DNA of 64,000 nucleotides from Malacoraja senta (taxonomy: Eukaryota): assembly GCA_038087875.1 (NCBI GenBank), contig CM075993.1, positions 8,372,001-8,436,000 on the forward strand, in the 5' to 3' direction. Positions 63,280-64,000 of this stretch are shown here, one piece after another (the first letter of the stretch is position 1; the number at the start of each line of letters is the position of its first letter). The position numbers and the translations under genes were made by a program. The notes under the pieces were generated by a model. It was not told the origin of the DNA and did not search any database. It saw only the letters and a program-made list of their open reading frames with translations.

Positions 63280-64000
63280 ACTTGTTGTGCCACTGTGTAC
63301 TTTGTGCTATCCGTGGGCAGGCACTGCATATTCATTTAATTTCTCTGTCATTTTCTTCATCCCCAATATAACTTTCTCTTGTTATCTTTAGATATTGCAC
63401 ATTAGTTGTACTTAATCTTTTCCTTTATACATGCCTAAAGAAGCTTTTACAATCTATTTTTAGATTTCCCGTGACGTTACTATCTATTACTATATTCTTT
63501 CTTCCTCTTTTTTTCATTGTCTTGTTCCTTTGCAAAGTAACCTGAAATGTTCACACACCACAGACTTACTGCTCTTTTTTGGCAGCATTGTAAGCCCTTC
63601 CTTTGATCTACCATTATCTTTAACTTCTATTGCTAGCCATATTTGGACCACTTTTAGTGCTGGGTTTTTGTGTCTGACGGAAATGTATTTGCTGTAGGTT
63701 ATGTCGTAATTCTTTAACATTGGTCATTGTTAACTACTGTCTTACCCTTGAGTTTAGCTTCCATTCTAATTCCATTCAAAATCAGCCCACCCCTCATCAC
63801 ATGGAAGTTGCATTGTTTATATTTAAGATAGATTTTTGGATTAGAGTAAATTACTTAAATTTTCTTTTCCAATATAAAATTCTATAATACCTGATCACTT
63901 TTCACAGAAGGTCCCTTAACTACATTATTAGTAATTTACCTTTTCTTATTGCACAAAATATAATAATGTGTTCCCTGGCTAGTCCCTCAAGAAAACTGAT
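63280..64000 (-). mobile_element. Old CR1-like LINE ORF2 (endonuclease/linker region), heavily decayed
   Basis: Antisense remnants such as ILDFILE, LG..DQC, PW(L)-like and K.F.RHVK segments. Confidence 0.5.

Noticed and set aside
23245..64000. ZNF609 exon 3 or another host gene
   Set aside because: No ORF resembling the expected downstream sequence (CLGPCEPGTSVNLEGIVW-like) was seen. Small exons cannot be excluded.

Overview
Eukaryotic, repeat-rich genomic DNA. The repeat families (HE1/V-SINE, HER1/CR1-like LINE, Deu-domain SINE, Penelope) point to a cartilaginous fish, probably a skate or ray (inference). The window covers the 5' half of ZNF609 on the + strand: a CpG-island promoter with a probable non-coding exon 1 (~0.9-1.7 kb), a ~21 kb intron 1, the large first coding exon (22341-23244, the exon that forms circ-ZNF609 in mammals), and more than 40 kb of intron 2. 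No exon 3 is recognisable. Main finds: (1) a 3.8 kb TIR-bounded non-autonomous DNA transposon (6782-10561) carrying about 2 kb of frameshifted IGSF10 coding sequence, i.e. a vertebrate Pack-type gene capture; (2) many short Penelope-derived, often fold-back, insertions with 10-15 bp TSDs that carry minimal hammerhead ribozyme cores; (3) three GC-rich non-coding retroposons that share covarying hairpins but end in different LINE tails; (4) a decayed DD34E Tc1 transposon nested in a SINE. All family and protein assignments are from memory, not database searches, and repeat boundaries are approximate.
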